Assembly (NCBI GenBank): GCA_951406725.2
Contig: OX597816.1
Coordinates: forward strand, 33,604,001 to 33,668,000
Source of the DNA: Octopus vulgaris
Taxonomy: Eukaryota
Length of the DNA: 64,000 nucleotides
Direction of reading: 5' to 3'
The translations under genes were made by a program, and so were the position numbers. Positions within the stretch are counted from its first letter, which is position 1; the number at the start of each line of letters is the position of its first letter. Under the pieces are notes generated by a model that did not search any database, was not told the DNA's origin, and saw nothing but the letters and a program-made list of their open reading frames with translations. Shown piece after piece: positions 1 to 14,089 of this stretch.

Positions 1-552
1 TTGAAGGTATAAGGAGTGTATAATCCAATAAGTCTTGCACAAAAAAAAGGCAAGTAATTTTATGTCTGTAAAAATAGAAGCTTTCCATTATGATATTCTT
101 CCTCTTCTAAAATTTAGGATCATAACGAAGCCTATTCGTAACTATTTAGTCTGATTCAGCTGGATATATGTCAATAAAGATATATATAAAATCTTATATA
201 TATTACAAAATTTTCTCATGGAATATAGAAATCTTCTTTTTAACAGCTGGAATTGAAATGTAGACTACATCGATGCATGAAACATGTTGTGAGATAATCT
301 TAATTCATTCCTATTTTAAGTTATTCCAAGAAAGAAATACCGTAATTTAAAACACGTATATGAAGTTGAGATATATTGTCTGTGCCCCCCCCCCCCATCC
401 ATTAAGCAAATGTGTCAACCGCGTTTCGAGTCCTTACTTTGCCAAATGAACTGTAGTTCACATAACACCTCTACCCCATAAGTGACGTCTACACTGTTTA
501 TGTATTAGATAAATTCTCACCTGAGACGTTTGGGCAGGAATAAAATATCGCC

Positions 553-645
<93 letters not shown>

Positions 646-901
646 GTTGAAACACACCTGTCACGACCTGGGGCTTTGAAGACTGGTTTAATGCAAGACA
701 GTATACTAGACCCTTAATATTTGATATTCAATATTTCATCTATTCAATAGGACAATCAATACTTCATTTCATTTTACTATATATACTATTTATATTATAT
801 ATTCTATATTCTACATTAATATTATAAAGAATAAAACATAAAATACAGGGTTGTAACTTCTTTGAATAATATATATCCCTCTATACACAATATACAAACC
901 C

Positions 902-984
<83 letters not shown>

Positions 985-1984
985 TGGGAGAGAGAGAGAG
1001 TGGGAGAGAGAGAGAGAGAGAGATATGAATATTAGCTTCAAGCTGGGAAGTAAAATGTTGGTATAAACGAACTCGACAAATTCTGTTTTTAACGACCAGA
1101 ACTGACAGAGTATAGCACTGTTGGTATCTAATTCGGTTCTGATGCTGAAAACAAATTCTAGAACAAAGTTACATGAACATTCTGCTCTCATTCGATATCG
1201 GCCAGAAAGAGGAAGTAAAGTATATCTATTTCTAGCTATATCGAATATTATTACTGACTAGTCTATGTATTATAATATGCTGTAACGATTATTTTTTTCA
1301 AATTCATTTAGTTAGAAAAATGTTTGTAGAAAATCGAATCATCGGCGCCTTTAATATTAAGGTTCTAAACTCAATATTCTGGTATTGTGTAGCATTTTCG
1401 AAATAATCAAATAATGATGCTTATATCGTATGGTTATGGTATATTTTAATATGAATTCTGTTGAGATACTACATAGCGTTATTTTTTAATAAAAAAGAGA
1501 AAAAAGACGGAGAAATCAATACCTTTTTCATATCTTGCAGGACAGATAACATAGAAATAATAAAAAATGTTGTCGATATAACGCTGTGACAAGTGTGTAG
1601 TACCTGCTGGTATAAGTGAATATATGTCAGACCGAAACAACGGCAACAGTGTTTAAGGTCGGTATGTCTGCACGCTAGTATGTATGTGTATATCTATCTA
1701 CACACACACCCACTTATATTATATACATATAATAACTAAGATTCAGTTAGAATAGGCACTTAGAGGCACAAAGATACTTCAGAATAGTCCGCCCAGCTTG
1801 CAGTCGGGTGAATAAAACCAAATAAGTAACAAGGGTGTCCAGGATAGCAGTTTCTTTCAAATTTTGCTGGTATTGATCGATGAAATAGTGTCGCTAGATA
1901 ATGGCGTAATTCTTTGATACCTGGACATAACTTGTTATTTATTTACTTTCTATCTATCTATCTTTCTACATGTATATATATATA

Positions 1985-2190
1985 TAGTTAATCCAAACAT
2001 GAAACAAAAAGAGGAAACACAACAACGCGAGGACGTGGAACAAGTATAGTATTATTGGACGCTCAGGAAAGAAGGAAAGAAGGAGGGTTTAACGTTTCGA
2101 GCAGAGCTCTTCGTCAGAAACATAGGAAAAGAAAAGATCGAAAGAAGGGAAGACGGAAGAAAAAAATCTCCAACGGTACACACGCGTCAT
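1985..2190 (-). mobile_element. Short non-autonomous Penelope-like (pseudo-LTR) fragment carrying a hammerhead motif
   Basis: About 200 bp of unique sequence between microsatellites containing a hammerhead core. It shares blocks (TATAGTA..GCTCAGGAA..ACGTTTCGAGC..GCTCTTC..CAGAA on +) with the element at 41345-41930. Confidence 0.5.
2087..2121 (-). ncRNA. Minimal type-I hammerhead ribozyme motif
   Basis: Minus strand GUUU-CUGACGA-A-GAGC(UCU)GCUC-GAAA-C-GUU-AAAC: helix I GUUU/AAAC, CUGANGA box, 4-bp helix II, GAAA box, palindromic AACGUU in place of helix III. Confidence 0.65.
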
Positions 2191-2250
2191 ACACACATAT
2201 GTATCTGCATATATATATATATATATATATACATACATTCATACATACAT

Positions 2251-2281
<31 letters not shown>

Positions 2282-2920
2282 ACGCTATGTGTTTTCGTTG
2301 TAGTCTGTTTTTTTCACTTGGTAATACGAACATCGTGTCACACGAACAAATGCATATGTTTATACATTCAGACGTATCTCTATGAGTATATGTATTAATG
2401 AACAATTATTGCAAAACCGGGACTTTTAACGTACGTAACAGATGTATGAAGAAGTTAGTTTCACATACGTATCGTTCTTTCTACACTGGCCTGAGGGTCG
2501 ATACTTTGAATAAAGCTGCAATTTAACCAATAATTGCTTTAGTTTCATTAACTTAATTATAGCCAATCACGTCTGTGAATTAACAATCTGGTGATGAAAG
2601 GATATTTCAGATAATTTTGCTACAAAGTTTTAAGTATATCGTTATATAAAATCATTTGGATCATCACGTAAAATTTACTAACGGAACCGGAACATACATG
2701 GAAAATTTGATGGAGCTAAGAAATATGGGACACCTGGGCACTACTATGAAACTTTAGAGGGATTGAATGGTTCAATTCAGTAAATTCAATGATACTGTTC
2801 TTTAGAATCTGAAACTATTGGGGCACTAATAATATCAAACTGGAAAGTACACAGAAAAAAACTAACTAGAGGATTTTTTACCAATATAATTTTATTATAA
2901 TTGAACCGTCATACAATATA

Positions 2921-3222
2921 GTGGAGACACATGGCCTAGTGGTTAGAGCAGCGGACTTGCGGTCGATGGATCGCGGGTTCGAATCTCTGACTGGACGATG
3001 CGTGTATTTATGAGTGAAATACCTAAGATCCACGTGGCTCCGGCAGAAGGTAATGGTGAAACTTCTGCTGACTCTTTCGCCACAACTTTCTCTCAATCTT
3101 TCATCTTACAGCTCACCTGCGACGGAGCGGCGTCCCGTCCAGGTGGAGAACCTATACGCCAAGAAACCGGGAAACTGGCCCTTATGAGCCAGGCATGCCT
3201 CGAGAAGGAACAAACAACAAAA
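2921..3222 (+). mobile_element. tRNA-derived SINE, family A
   Basis: Pol III box A TGGCCTAGTGG and box B GGTTCGAATC, A-rich tail. Close similarity to copies at 3785 and 10617. Confidence 0.85.
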
Positions 3223-3784
3223 CATCATAGGATATAATAATACGATGCTTCAGTTAATGGGGTTGCACTTACTTGATCAGGAGATTTACTTGATATACGA
3301 ACTAAATTCCATTTGAAACTACTTTATCATCTTATAAAAACAATCGAACGCCGATTTTAACATAGATAACGCTTGTTTGGATTGGTTTTCTGTAAAATAT
3401 ATTCGTCGTTGTTATACTATCAGTGGAATATCTTTGATTATTTGTTAGTTGCGTCAGCGATGAGTTAGGGTTAAATAACAACGTTAAAAATCTACATAAA
3501 TTTTACCATAAGCGACAAGGAAATTTCTTCCTGCGTCTCGACTCTTTTGATGTTTTATATCCCAGGTAAATAGAATCACGCAGAGAAAATTCTAATTTCA
3601 GATTTCCTCTAAAATAAAACCGCATGTCATTTGGAAAGTTTCTGGGATTTAATGACTGTTTTTCGAATGTCACTGTATATTGCAGATTAATTTCAATTAA
3701 ATTTTATTGTCATTTCCTTTACAGTGCAAGCGCCTATATAGACTTGTTCACTCTCATATATTCAGGTATATTATATTATATATA

Positions 3785-4078
3785 GTGGAGTCCCATGGCA
3801 TAGTGGTTAGAGCAGCAGACTCGCGTTCGAGGGTTCGCGGGCTCAAATCTCAGACTGGGCGATGTGTGTGTTTATGAGGGAAACACCTAACCTCCATGCA
3901 GGTCCGGCAGAAGGTAATGGCGAACTCCTGCTGAATCTTTCGCCACAACTTTCCCTCACTTTCTCCTCCTTCATCTTGCAGCTCACCTGCGACGAACCGG
4001 CGTCCCGTCAAGGTGGGGAACCGATACGCCAAGGAAACCGGGAAGCTGGCACTTATGAGCCAGGCACGGCTTGAGAAG
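3785..4078 (+). mobile_element. tRNA-derived SINE, family A
   Basis: Collinear with 2921-3222 (GTGGAG..TGGCATAGTGGTTAGAGCAGC..CTCACCTGCGACG..GAAACCGGGAA). AGGTATATTATAT occurs on both sides. Confidence 0.85.
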
Positions 4079-4586
4079 GTATATTATATACTGGTATACT
4101 ATTTTAATTGCATTCTATGTTCTAGTTTTCTAATCCTCGGCAACGTATTCCTCACTGCGAGGAGAGTGGATAACTGTGGCAATTCTAGAGCAAATACATT
4201 TTCTGTTAACTTTCTAAAGTGATTTAGTGAGAAGCGTTGATATGTATTTGTTTACAGTTCATAGGTATTGCGTCAAAACTAACAGATCGGAGATAATAGC
4301 ATTCTTTATAACTTTCTTATGTTCATTTCTTAATCGCCATGTAACATATACATATTTATTAAAATTATTATTCATTACAATGTTCTAAAACATTCAATCC
4401 CATTATCGTCTGCATTAAATCAGTGGGTCGCTACTAAGTAAATAGTAGCGAGATTTTTGAAAACGATGCATCAGCTGTTTATATCCCTTGCACACGGAAA
4501 ATAATATACGCCTTGAGAGGTAACGTCATTGCCACTAGTATCTAGTCTGCCATCTATTATATTAGTGTATATATATATATATATAT

Positions 4587-4870
4587 CACCGTGATATCAG
4601 ATGTTGCTACACATCGCTGGTCACAATGCGCTTCGCATTGTTTTAGCCTTCAAATGACGCCACCCCGCTCGCAAAGCGAACAGGCCAACAGAAGAGTGAG
4701 AGAAAGTTGTGGCGAAAGAGTACAGCAGGGATCGCCACCACCCCCTGCCGGAGCCTCGTGGAGCTTTAGATGTTTTCGTTCAATAAACACTCACAACGCC
4801 CGGTCTGGGAATCGAAACCGTGATCCTACGACTGCGAGTCCGCTGCCCTAGCCACTGGGCCATTGTGCCT

Positions 4871-4874
<4 letters not shown>
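4587..4874 (-). mobile_element. tRNA-derived SINE related to family A with a different 3' half
   Basis: Minus strand GTGGAGGCACAATGGCCCAGTGG..GGTTTCGATTCCC..CTTTCGCCACAACTTTCTCTCACTCTT matches the family A head and body, then diverges. Confidence 0.75.
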
Positions 4875-4945
<71 letters not shown>

Positions 4946-5171
4946 CGCATGTGCGTGTGAGTGCACCCACAAGTAACACGACCGTGTGTAATGATATGCC
5001 CATATTTCTCGTGTTATAATGCTAATGAGCAATGTAGTTTCTATATTTAACAAAATGGAACTATCCTCAATGATTCTGTGTATGTCGCGGTGTCTTTTCG
5101 TGTCATTGCGTATGTGAATCTGCTTTTATATCATGAGTGCATTGCCCTATGTATACACACACATACATATC

Positions 5172-5204
<33 letters not shown>

Positions 5205-5652
5205 GAGTGTGTGTGTGTGTGTACATATGTGTGTATAGATACTTAAATACATACTTGTATGTACCCATGTATGTGTTAACGTATATAATCTATAATATGA
5301 TTATATTATTTTCATTGATATGAAATTTTGCCAAGTGTTTTCAATACTTACTGAAGCGGTTAAGAGTAACAAAGAAAGGCCAGAGAATTATATTATGGAA
5401 GCCGTCAAAAGAAACTGAGCGTAAGCGGTGGAACTATGTCTTTTTCCTGTGTAATTCGTCAACAGAGAAATGTGCGTCATAATGAAGAGGAAAAATATTA
5501 TGAATTTTCTAAGGATTTCATAGTATATAGGACAATGAACCTCAACATTTCTACCCTCTTCACACATACAAACACAAGGACATGCATACATACGTAACAT
5601 CGTTACATCATTCATACATACATAAATATTAAGACGTAGATACCTGTGTGCG

Positions 5653-5746
<94 letters not shown>

Positions 5747-6032
5747 TATATGTATGTATGTATGTATACACAAAGACACACGTATATACATGTATGAACA
5801 CACGCACACATATCTATATATATTGTATAAAATACGAATGATGGAATATACGAGAATTTATAATTAATCAAGACAATAGTTTAGACATTTCTAGCAACGA
5901 TACCTCACGGGTGGGAACTTCAAGAACTCGTTCAAGAGTATCTGGCGGTGCACACGTATTTCATCAGGTGATAAAAAGGTACAACTCGTGAAAATAACAG
6001 TTCCGCAATGAAATTACCTTAAGTTGACAGTA

Positions 6033-6405
6033 CACATTAAGTTGACAGTATACAACTATTCTATCGTACAACTACTGCTTATATCTTATATTTAGGAATG
6101 TAATATTTCTATTTTTGTAATCAATGGATTTATTTCACTAGAATTCTTATATGTTTACATGGCCTGGACAAGAATCTTCTACTTGCAGGTCATGCTGCTC
6201 CAGACTGATGACGAGCAAGGCTCAGAAACTAGTTTCTGGATGCAGGCTTAGCTTGGTAGGGGTGCTTGTCTCCTCCTTTTAACATAAGTACACAGGAAAT
6301 GTGTCAAGGCCGACAAGAAGCGTTGATGCTTCCTAGGGGTAAATAGCAGCGGTGTGATTCCCTTCATGGGACTGTCACATTAAATTGACAGTATAGAACT
6401 ACTCT
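6033..6405 (+). mobile_element. Candidate non-LTR retrozyme or non-autonomous Penelope-like unit
   Basis: 30-bp direct repeats at 6033-6062 and 6376-6405 (27/30 identical, period 343 bp) enclose a non-coding unit with a central hammerhead. Confidence 0.5.
6195..6245 (+). ncRNA. Type-I hammerhead ribozyme motif
   Basis: CUGC-UCCAGA-CUGAUGA-C-GAGC(AAG)GCUC-A-GAAA-C(UA)GUU-UCUGGA-U-GCAG. Helix I is 6+4 bp, both core boxes are intact, helix III is the palindrome AACUAGUU. Predicted cleavage after 6234. A C-A mismatch closes helix II. Confidence 0.7.
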
Positions 6406-7307
<902 letters not shown>

Positions 7308-10300
7308 ATGTATGTATGTATGTATGTATGTATGTATAGTCAATGAATAGGAATTTCGTGTATGTGTTCGAATTTCTATGTGTCAAGAATACTGTAACAC
7401 TGTTACACGGTGCTCTACCAATCAGCCATTTCATTAAAAATGTAACGCATAGCAGAATTGCTCCAATATAAAAATGTATCATTTCAACTCATCTTAACAT
7501 TAATTCCTGTCTGAAAAATGTTTAAGTATTAATGTGTCTGTATGTTTATTTGTGTATGTGAATCTGTGAGTACATTGTACGTAGGTGAGATGCATACATA
7601 TTTTTGTGTGTGTATATATAATCATACCACACATTCGCACACACAAGAACATGACTTACTACAATATTCCTCTCATGCTTTGTTGTGTGTATGTACAGGT
7701 GATCTGATGTTCACATTTAGATAAATTGAATGCAAACCTACTAAACTTACTGCTATCGTTTAGCTATAAATTTGCATTTATATAGATATTTTAAGACATG
7801 TTTTCTTAATTCAATGTATTCAGAGGAACAAAGATTAAAATAAACGGAAACATTTGATTATATTCGATTATATTATTTCTTCTGTTATTGTTTACACAAA
7901 CTGAACAAAAAAAAAACAACATTTCTCTAGAACGTAATCATCCAATTTTACATAAGGTTACTTTCTTGATTCTAAAATTGAATTTGATTTTTGTATTTAT
8001 TGCTTTACTTCTTATTTTCTTTACCATTATTTCTGATATCCGTTTACAATATGGTAGACATATTTATACTATTACTATTATGTTTGTCTGTGAATATCAC
8101 AGATGTTTCAGACACGGAATATATTGGTCTCTTTGCCTGTAATGTGCAAGTGATTTTCGGGAAAATGGTGAGATTCATATTGAATTTTCTCAGTCTAAGT
8201 GTGTTACAGGGTTTTATTGGTAAACCCGAGAATTTAAAATACAGATTTCTCACTGGATGGCTATCAAGTTATTTTGCTGTGGAGCAAAACATCTTTTTTA
8301 GTTTTGTTTTTCAATTTAGTTTGCATTTCCAATTTTCTTGTAATAAATTATTCTAGCAATTTTAAGTGTTACACAATTTCAGTTAACTGAAAATAATTAT
8401 AGAATGAAAACACTGAATATGGCGGTGTATTTGAAACATTTGTAGGAAAAGAAAAACAAAACAAAACAAATATATACACATACATTTACCTGCTTTTTTT
8501 TTTACCTCCTCAGTAAGGCTCACTCTTTGAACTATTACCAAATTAATAAGGGATATCACAATCACAAACAAATGCTTAGGATTGTATACACATTAGCACA
8601 GAGAAATGGAATTGTTATTTAAAGATAATTAGTTTCTCTAGACATTGGATATTGTGCATGAAAATTTTACATTCTTTCTAATATTGATTGCAACTCACTT
8701 TTAATATATTTGACAAAAGATACGTAATAAAATTATCCAGGAGAAATTTTAGTCTTTAAACCTACTTTGACTACATTAGCCATAAACGAACTAAAGAAAA
8801 TACGAAGTCAGATTGCGAATTAAAAAGCTAAAGAATAAGACGTTAGCTCCAGAAATTCTGAAACCCTGCTGCTTCTTCCAGCAGCTGTCATGAGACATTA
8901 TTTGTTAACTGTTAAGAATATACGGAAGTCTCAGCTTTTTACTGTTCGATAATGGCGCGTGAGAGCAGCAGCGTTGTATGAAACCCGGGAGTTCCATCAA
9001 CTGTGTGTTCGTTGTAAATCAGTTTTTCACAATTTTTACCTCTCTCAGAAAGAACCACCTGAGGTATCTAAACACCTTAATGCTTCTGAACTATATATAT
9101 ATATATATATATAATTCACGAAGAAAACACAGTTTTCTGTACCAAAGAGAATATATTTAAAAAATAATAAATTGATTTTCACAATTCGAAGCTATGATAA
9201 AATAGTATTAATTTAAATATATATATTCTAATACGATTCTTTCAGCGCAATTTTTGGTTTAAATAAAGTTTGTTTAAACACAGAAATATCTTCTTTTATG
9301 TTCGAGCAAACAGAATTATATTAATCGTATAGTATCGATTAAATCCATCTGTTATATTCATTGGTATTTTATTTCCATTTTAATTTTGATTTGTGCATAT
9401 ATTATATCCCTCACTTCGCAGCAGTTTAGAAATGCAAGAAGAATGTAATCTCATAATATATTAAAGTTATAAAATAAATTTTATTGTTGTTGTTAGGCTA
9501 AGGAAAATATAGATGTGTTTTGGTTTATTCTCAGGCCAACTCAGAGAGCATATCTATTATGTAAAACATCCTAGTAATGACCTCTCCCTCGATGCATATC
9601 TAGGATTTTATTATAAAGTGCATTTATACGATTTTAAGAGATTCATTTTGATGATGATATCAAGACTTGTTTGTGACTCTCTTAAAAAAAGCCTAAAATA
9701 ATCTTATTTTTGTGTTAACAACGATCTCAGTAACTCATTGTATGCTATGACAGCGATATGTTGTAAGTTGATGAATGTTTGGCTGTTGTTTTTTGCAGCT
9801 CAAGCGATCAGATAGTGTTTCCGTGTTGTTTGTTTTGTCAGACGAAAAGTAAGATACGATTTCCTTACGGACCCTTCGGTCAAAAAAAGAAAAAAAAACT
9901 GTTTGTGTGTTAATAATAGTTTCTTATTCACGAATCTATCGTCCGCTTGCCAAACACAGCGCGGCAAAATTTGGCTATCTTTACCAATGTTCTACACTTT
10001 AATAGATCAGATTTATTTTCACTTTTAGATAGAAATAAAAGAAAACCTAGGGGATATAATCAACTAATTACTGTATCTATTCATATTTACTTAATATTAT
10101 TCTTCAAACTCCCAGAAGACGTGATGGCAACGTGTAGCTATTCTCTATGTGAGGCTAATCTATATGTATATAATCACACATACCTAGAATGTATAGAAAT
10201 ACACACATACTCACATATATATGATGTCTCTGTGTACTTAGTGTAAATATGTCTATCAGATACAATTTCATTTCCATCTCAAAAAGAAATTCTTTGTCTT

Positions 10301-10616
10301 CCTATCAGTGAATTAGTGTTATGTTCACATTGCAATCCAATGTATAATTTGGTTGTTGGCAGCAGTACGTAGGTTGGGAAATTCAATCGATTTACAAAGA
10401 GTTTTCTCAAATATATCTCATTTACAGTAGCAATATGATGGTTGACTATAGTCTGTTTATGAACCGTTGTAAATAAGAAACACAATGAGAAAAATTTTGC
10501 AGTAGGGAAGGAGATCTGTAAAAACCGTGAGGGAAAGTATGTTTAACTTACATGGAATAGGTCTGCGTTGCAAACACTACAAAAGTCTTAAAGTTTAACC
10601 CTTCTGCAATACTTTG

Positions 10617-10921
10617 TTGTTTTTTTTTCCTTCTCGAGCCATGCGTGGCTCATAAGGGTCGGTTTCCCGGTTTCTTGGCGTATAGATTCCCCACCTGGAC
10701 GGGACGCCGGTCCGTCGCAGGTGAGCTGCAAGATGTAGGAGGAAAGAGTGAGAGAAAGTTGTGGCGAAAGAGTCAGCAGACGTTTGCCATTACCTTCTGT
10801 CGGAGCCGCGTGTAGCTTAGGTGTTTCGCTCATAAGCACACACATCGCCCGGTCTGATATTCGAACCCGCGATCCTTCGACCGCGAGTCCGCTGATATAA
10901 CCACTAGGCCATGTGCCTCCA
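10617..10921 (-). mobile_element. tRNA-derived SINE, family A, with 16-bp target-site duplication
   Basis: Reverse complement of the 2921 element. CTTCTGCAATACTTTG is duplicated at 10601-10616 and 10922-10937. Confidence 0.9.
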
Positions 10922-11864
10922 CTTCTGCAATACTTTGGTTTAGATTCATCATCATAAGTTAGAATCAATCCTTTAATTCACAATGAGACATTGTTTTCGT
11001 AATTGTATCGATACATATGGTATATCATTACGTCCAGTTCCTCTTTGCCGTTTAGTTCCTAACTGTAGGTAACAGAATCTTCGGTAGGACTCCTCATAAT
11101 ATTAGACATCCACTACTTACCAGGTAGGAGTGGTGATACTTAATAAAACCTTATAAACATTGACAGCTACAGACCCCACCTATTCGTAGGTCTCGAGCTT
11201 GCACGAATTTCCGCAGCGTTAAGAGATTGAGATTATTAGACAACAACCTGCAAAGGGCGTTAGTAAGTCACAATGTACTTCAGAACCATCTGTCCCTAGT
11301 ACATAACTGACGACGGACGAAGAGTGTACTGAAAATGCACAATACGAGGTACATGACGCGTTGCTCCACCCAATGAAATGTGGAAACCACAATTTAAAGA
11401 CTGTCAGGTATAAGAACAAAAGCACAACGTCGTACACGTTCACACTAAACATATGATTTTTAATCATTGAATGCGCTACGGAGGTCCTTGGAGTTATATC
11501 TTATCTGAAAAAGGGTGACATAAAAAATACTACATAGAGAATGGACGTGAAAATGTTCTACCACAATTATACAATACGCTCTAGATATTGATAGTGTCTG
11601 AATACGGTAATCTGATATTCAAATCTTGGGCATTTGGATTTCGTAAATTGTACGATAGAGATTGCTTGAAGGGAGCTTGGGAAGCGTTAAGAATATATAT
11701 ATTAACGTATATAAATATATATTACATATTAATGTACACAAAATCACACTAACCTGCAACCCTCAGATTTATCTAACTATCTTTCTCTCTCTTTTCAAAT
11801 ATATATATATAGATAGATATATATATATACGTGTGTGTGTGTTTATGTATGTATCTCTCTCTTT

Positions 11865-11917
<53 letters not shown>

Positions 11918-11919
11918 TT

Positions 11920-12194
11920 AAACAATTCCAGTGTGGAAGGTGGCTATAAGCCACCTAAGAAACACACAGAAACCGTTAGATTCCGTTCATCATTTAAATT
12001 TTATTTGCCAAAATCATTTTGTCGCTTTGAACCCACGACCTTTTCACTGTCGAAATTCCGTGCAGCACGGAAAAAGGTCGCGGGCTCAAAGCGACAAATA
12101 TATTTTGGGAAATTATATTTAAATGATAAAGAGAATCTAACGGTTTTTGTGTTTCTTAAATGGCTTATAAACAGATTCCATGGTGTAATTGTTT
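11920..12194. repeat. Long imperfect palindrome (foldback/MITE-like)
   Basis: Left arm TATAAGCCA..AAGAAACAC..AAACCGTTAGATTC..ATCATTTAAAT..TTTGTCGCTTTGA..CGACCTTTT is mirrored by right arm AAAAGGTCG..TCAAAGCGACAAA..ATTTAAATGAT..GAATCTAACGGTTT..GTGTTTCTT..TGGCTTATA. Confidence 0.85.
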
Positions 12195-12252
12195 TCGTTC
12201 CAGCACATGATCTCAGATCAGGTCACTTGCTATGCAAGTACATCTCTCTCAT

Positions 12253-12327
<75 letters not shown>

Positions 12328-12634
12328 CGAGAGAGAGAAGGAGATATAGATAGATAGATAGATAGATACAAATGATAGATAGATAGATAGATAATTCTAA
12401 TTACTCGTTATTTCAGTATTTCATGTTTTGCTGTAGATCTGCTGAATAAGCAAGTTGATAGGTTGGGTAACATAAGGAAAAAATATATAGTAAATTCAGT
12501 TGCAGGCATGATCATCTCTTCATGCGTGTGTGTATATATCGTCTAATAAAACGAATATGTGGGTGAATCTGTGAATACATTGGTATATAGAGATGTATGT
12601 ATTCGTATATATATATATATATGTATATAGATAC

Positions 12635-12677
<43 letters not shown>

Positions 12678-12686
12678 CAAATAAAT

Positions 12687-12737
<51 letters not shown>

Positions 12738-12833
12738 CAAATAAATATACATACATATATATATATATATATACATATACAAATATATACATACATATAT
12801 ATATATATATATAATATAAATATACAAATAAAT

Positions 12834-12874
<41 letters not shown>

Positions 12875-12910
12875 CAAATAAATATACATACATATATATA
12901 TATATACACT

Positions 12911-12946
<36 letters not shown>

Positions 12947-13647
12947 CACACGCACACATATATATATATTTACATATATATATGCATATATACATATACA
13001 GGTGTATATATATATACATGCATATATAATAATATATATGTATAGAAATCATGGTATATAGTTGTGAATATTTATGTATGTGTATAATATAAAATTGATT
13101 ATGTGGATTTCGGTTAAATTGAATTATAAAATGGTAGAAGAAAATATAAGTGCCTGAAGTGAGCGTTGAACATGGGTCACTTGATTTACCAATGAATAAA
13201 TTTCTTTCGTGCAAACGTCATTCATTTCACCATTCAATGAAAAGAAGAGAAATTTTACTTTAAGCAGTCACGTGACCATCTGATTGATAAACATGTATTC
13301 ATGTCTTATTTTTTCTACCATGATTCATACATTCATGTAGAATACAAAAATGAGTTCAATTTTTTTCCTTTAGTGAAGGAAGTAAAATTGAGAGGAAGAC
13401 CAATGCCGTACACTACATACGTTCTCCCCTGATATGCATGTGTGTGAATGTGTGTGTGTGCGTGCGTGAATATGTATGCGTTTGCGGATGTGTACGTGCT
13501 TGTGTGCGTGTAATCCCACACCACACATATATGTATATTTAAAAAGGGAGAAAATACAGGTTCATAGAAATTGTTGGTAGTTAAGAATTATTCTAATAGA
13601 AGAGTTAGGAAACTATATATATAAATATATGCATGTGTGTATGTACA

Positions 13648-13692
<45 letters not shown>

Positions 13693-14089
13693 CTATGTAT
13701 AAATATGGGTGTGTATGTCTTTATATATGTGTGTATATAGACTTTTATTTGTATATATACACATGTATATATTCAGGTACTTAAATATGCACCCACCGGT
13801 GTGGTGTGCCCACATGCTCCGCATATATTCCATTGGAGGATATACTTCTGAATGTCTATCTTTCACTCTAGCCTTTCTTGCATACATCCATCATTTTTCT
13901 GGGTATCGATCACACGAAAGTATGAAAAGCATGTGTCCTATAATAGAAGCGGAGATTAATAGTCGCCTTCTTGCGATGAAAGAACCCAATAATGCAAAAG
14001 GAACAAAAAAGAAAATCAAATATAAAAATGAACTCTAGCATAAATTCACAATAGATTTTTGATTAATATTCTATAATTTGATTTTTAGC

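Noticed and set aside
2921-3000. tRNA-like sequence with boxes A and B
   Set aside because: It is the head of a repeated SINE and lacks a complete cloverleaf, so it is not a tRNA gene.
8050-8167. Signal-peptide-like ORF MVDIFILLLLCLSVNITD.. with a possible GTGAGA donor on +
   Set aside because: Hydrophobic runs arise easily in AT-rich DNA. No recognisable domain or partner exons.
8488-8571. Hydrophobic minus-strand frame ending at AG/GTAAAT
   Set aside because: No in-frame ATG or clear acceptor, and no MMP similarity.
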